Shown here: positions 63,401 to 64,000 of the stretch, piece after piece
Position numbering within the stretch: the first letter of the stretch is position 1
Layout of the letters: each line of letters starts with the position of its first letter
Assembly (NCBI GenBank): GCA_965644265.1
Contig: OZ286459.1
Span: forward strand, 71,052,001 to 71,116,000
From: Glycera tridactyla
Taxonomy: Eukaryota
Direction of reading: 5' to 3'
DNA: 64,000 nt
The notes under the pieces: model-generated
Seen by the model: only the letters and a program-made list of their open reading frames with translations
Database searches by the model: none
What the model was told of the DNA's origin: nothing
Program-made: the position numbers and the translations under genes

Positions 63401-64000
63401 ATTATCACATATTTTCTACTCCAATCACCAGAAGAATAACCCGATTTCTCAAGATTATACTGAATTGACTTGCAACCATAAAATAGCAGCGCCACAGGGC
63501 TTCAACACAGAAACTTTCTTTTCAACATAAACTTTTGTGATAGTCCAATCTAGACAACTGGCACAGCTGCGGGGCAATCATTCTAACAAACTTGTCCAAT
63601 CTGCTCCAGAGTCTCTAATCAACTTACAAGGATAAAAACTGGAATCGATTGAGCTTGCAGCCAGATTAATAGAATATCTAGAGTGTGACATTATCAGCAA
63701 GATGAAACAAGCTGGCGATGCCGCAATATGTGAATAATTTATATGAATGAGGTCATCGTATTAATTGATACATTATGCAACTTGATCATGACAGAGATAG
63801 GGGCCCCTACTCTCACAAATTTCACCTAATTTGGACTCAATGAAAAGCACATCTATAGCCATCAACAATTTAGCGCAAATTCAATTATGATCTGGGTCAT
63901 CTATGATGCTTTTAATGTACAAATGAATACTAGCCCCCATGGTGTGTCATTAGCCTCCCCCCTCCTGCAATAATCCTACTGGTTCAGCCATATAATGCTA

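Noticed and set aside
53000-64000. Upstream RRM2 exon (RKLFVGML...)
   Set aside because: Not found on the minus strand; it lies beyond the window or in an N-gap.
1-64000. CRISPR arrays, tRNA/rRNA genes, prokaryotic systems
   Set aside because: The repeats are head-to-tail without unique spacers, no RNA-gene structures were recognised, and the sequence is spliceosomal animal DNA.

Overview
Eukaryotic (animal, probably invertebrate) genomic DNA, AT-rich, with six N-gaps. The window lies inside one large minus-strand gene encoding a CELF3-6 / Bruno-3-type RNA-binding protein. I can read six core exons with canonical AG/GT sites and consistent phases. They cover the second half of RRM2 (52869-52948, 40731-40874) and the divergent linker (20529-20682, 18828-18950, 10663-10728, 6068-6154). 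I did not find the RRM1, first RRM2 or RRM3 exons; they lie outside the window or in a gap. The most interesting signal is a set of in-frame candidate alternative exons in the linker, most too small for the ORF track. These are two paralogous 27-nt microexons ([18 protein letters not shown]) copying the last 9 codons of the 144-nt exon, a 72-nt exon resembling the start of the next exon, and an 18-nt microexon followed by a UGCAUG plus 3x ACUAAC repeat. There are also NAGNAG acceptors, staggered in-frame donors and possible poison exons. The introns carry a 5'-truncated CR1/L2-group LINE with an unbroken RT ORF, TA-flanked MITEs (one nested, with its empty site visible elsewhere in the window), Helentron-like remnants and many microsatellites. 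All alternative-exon calls rest on sequence alone and need RNA-seq. Apart from the LINE ORF and the ORFs overlapping these exons, the ORF-track entries look spurious.
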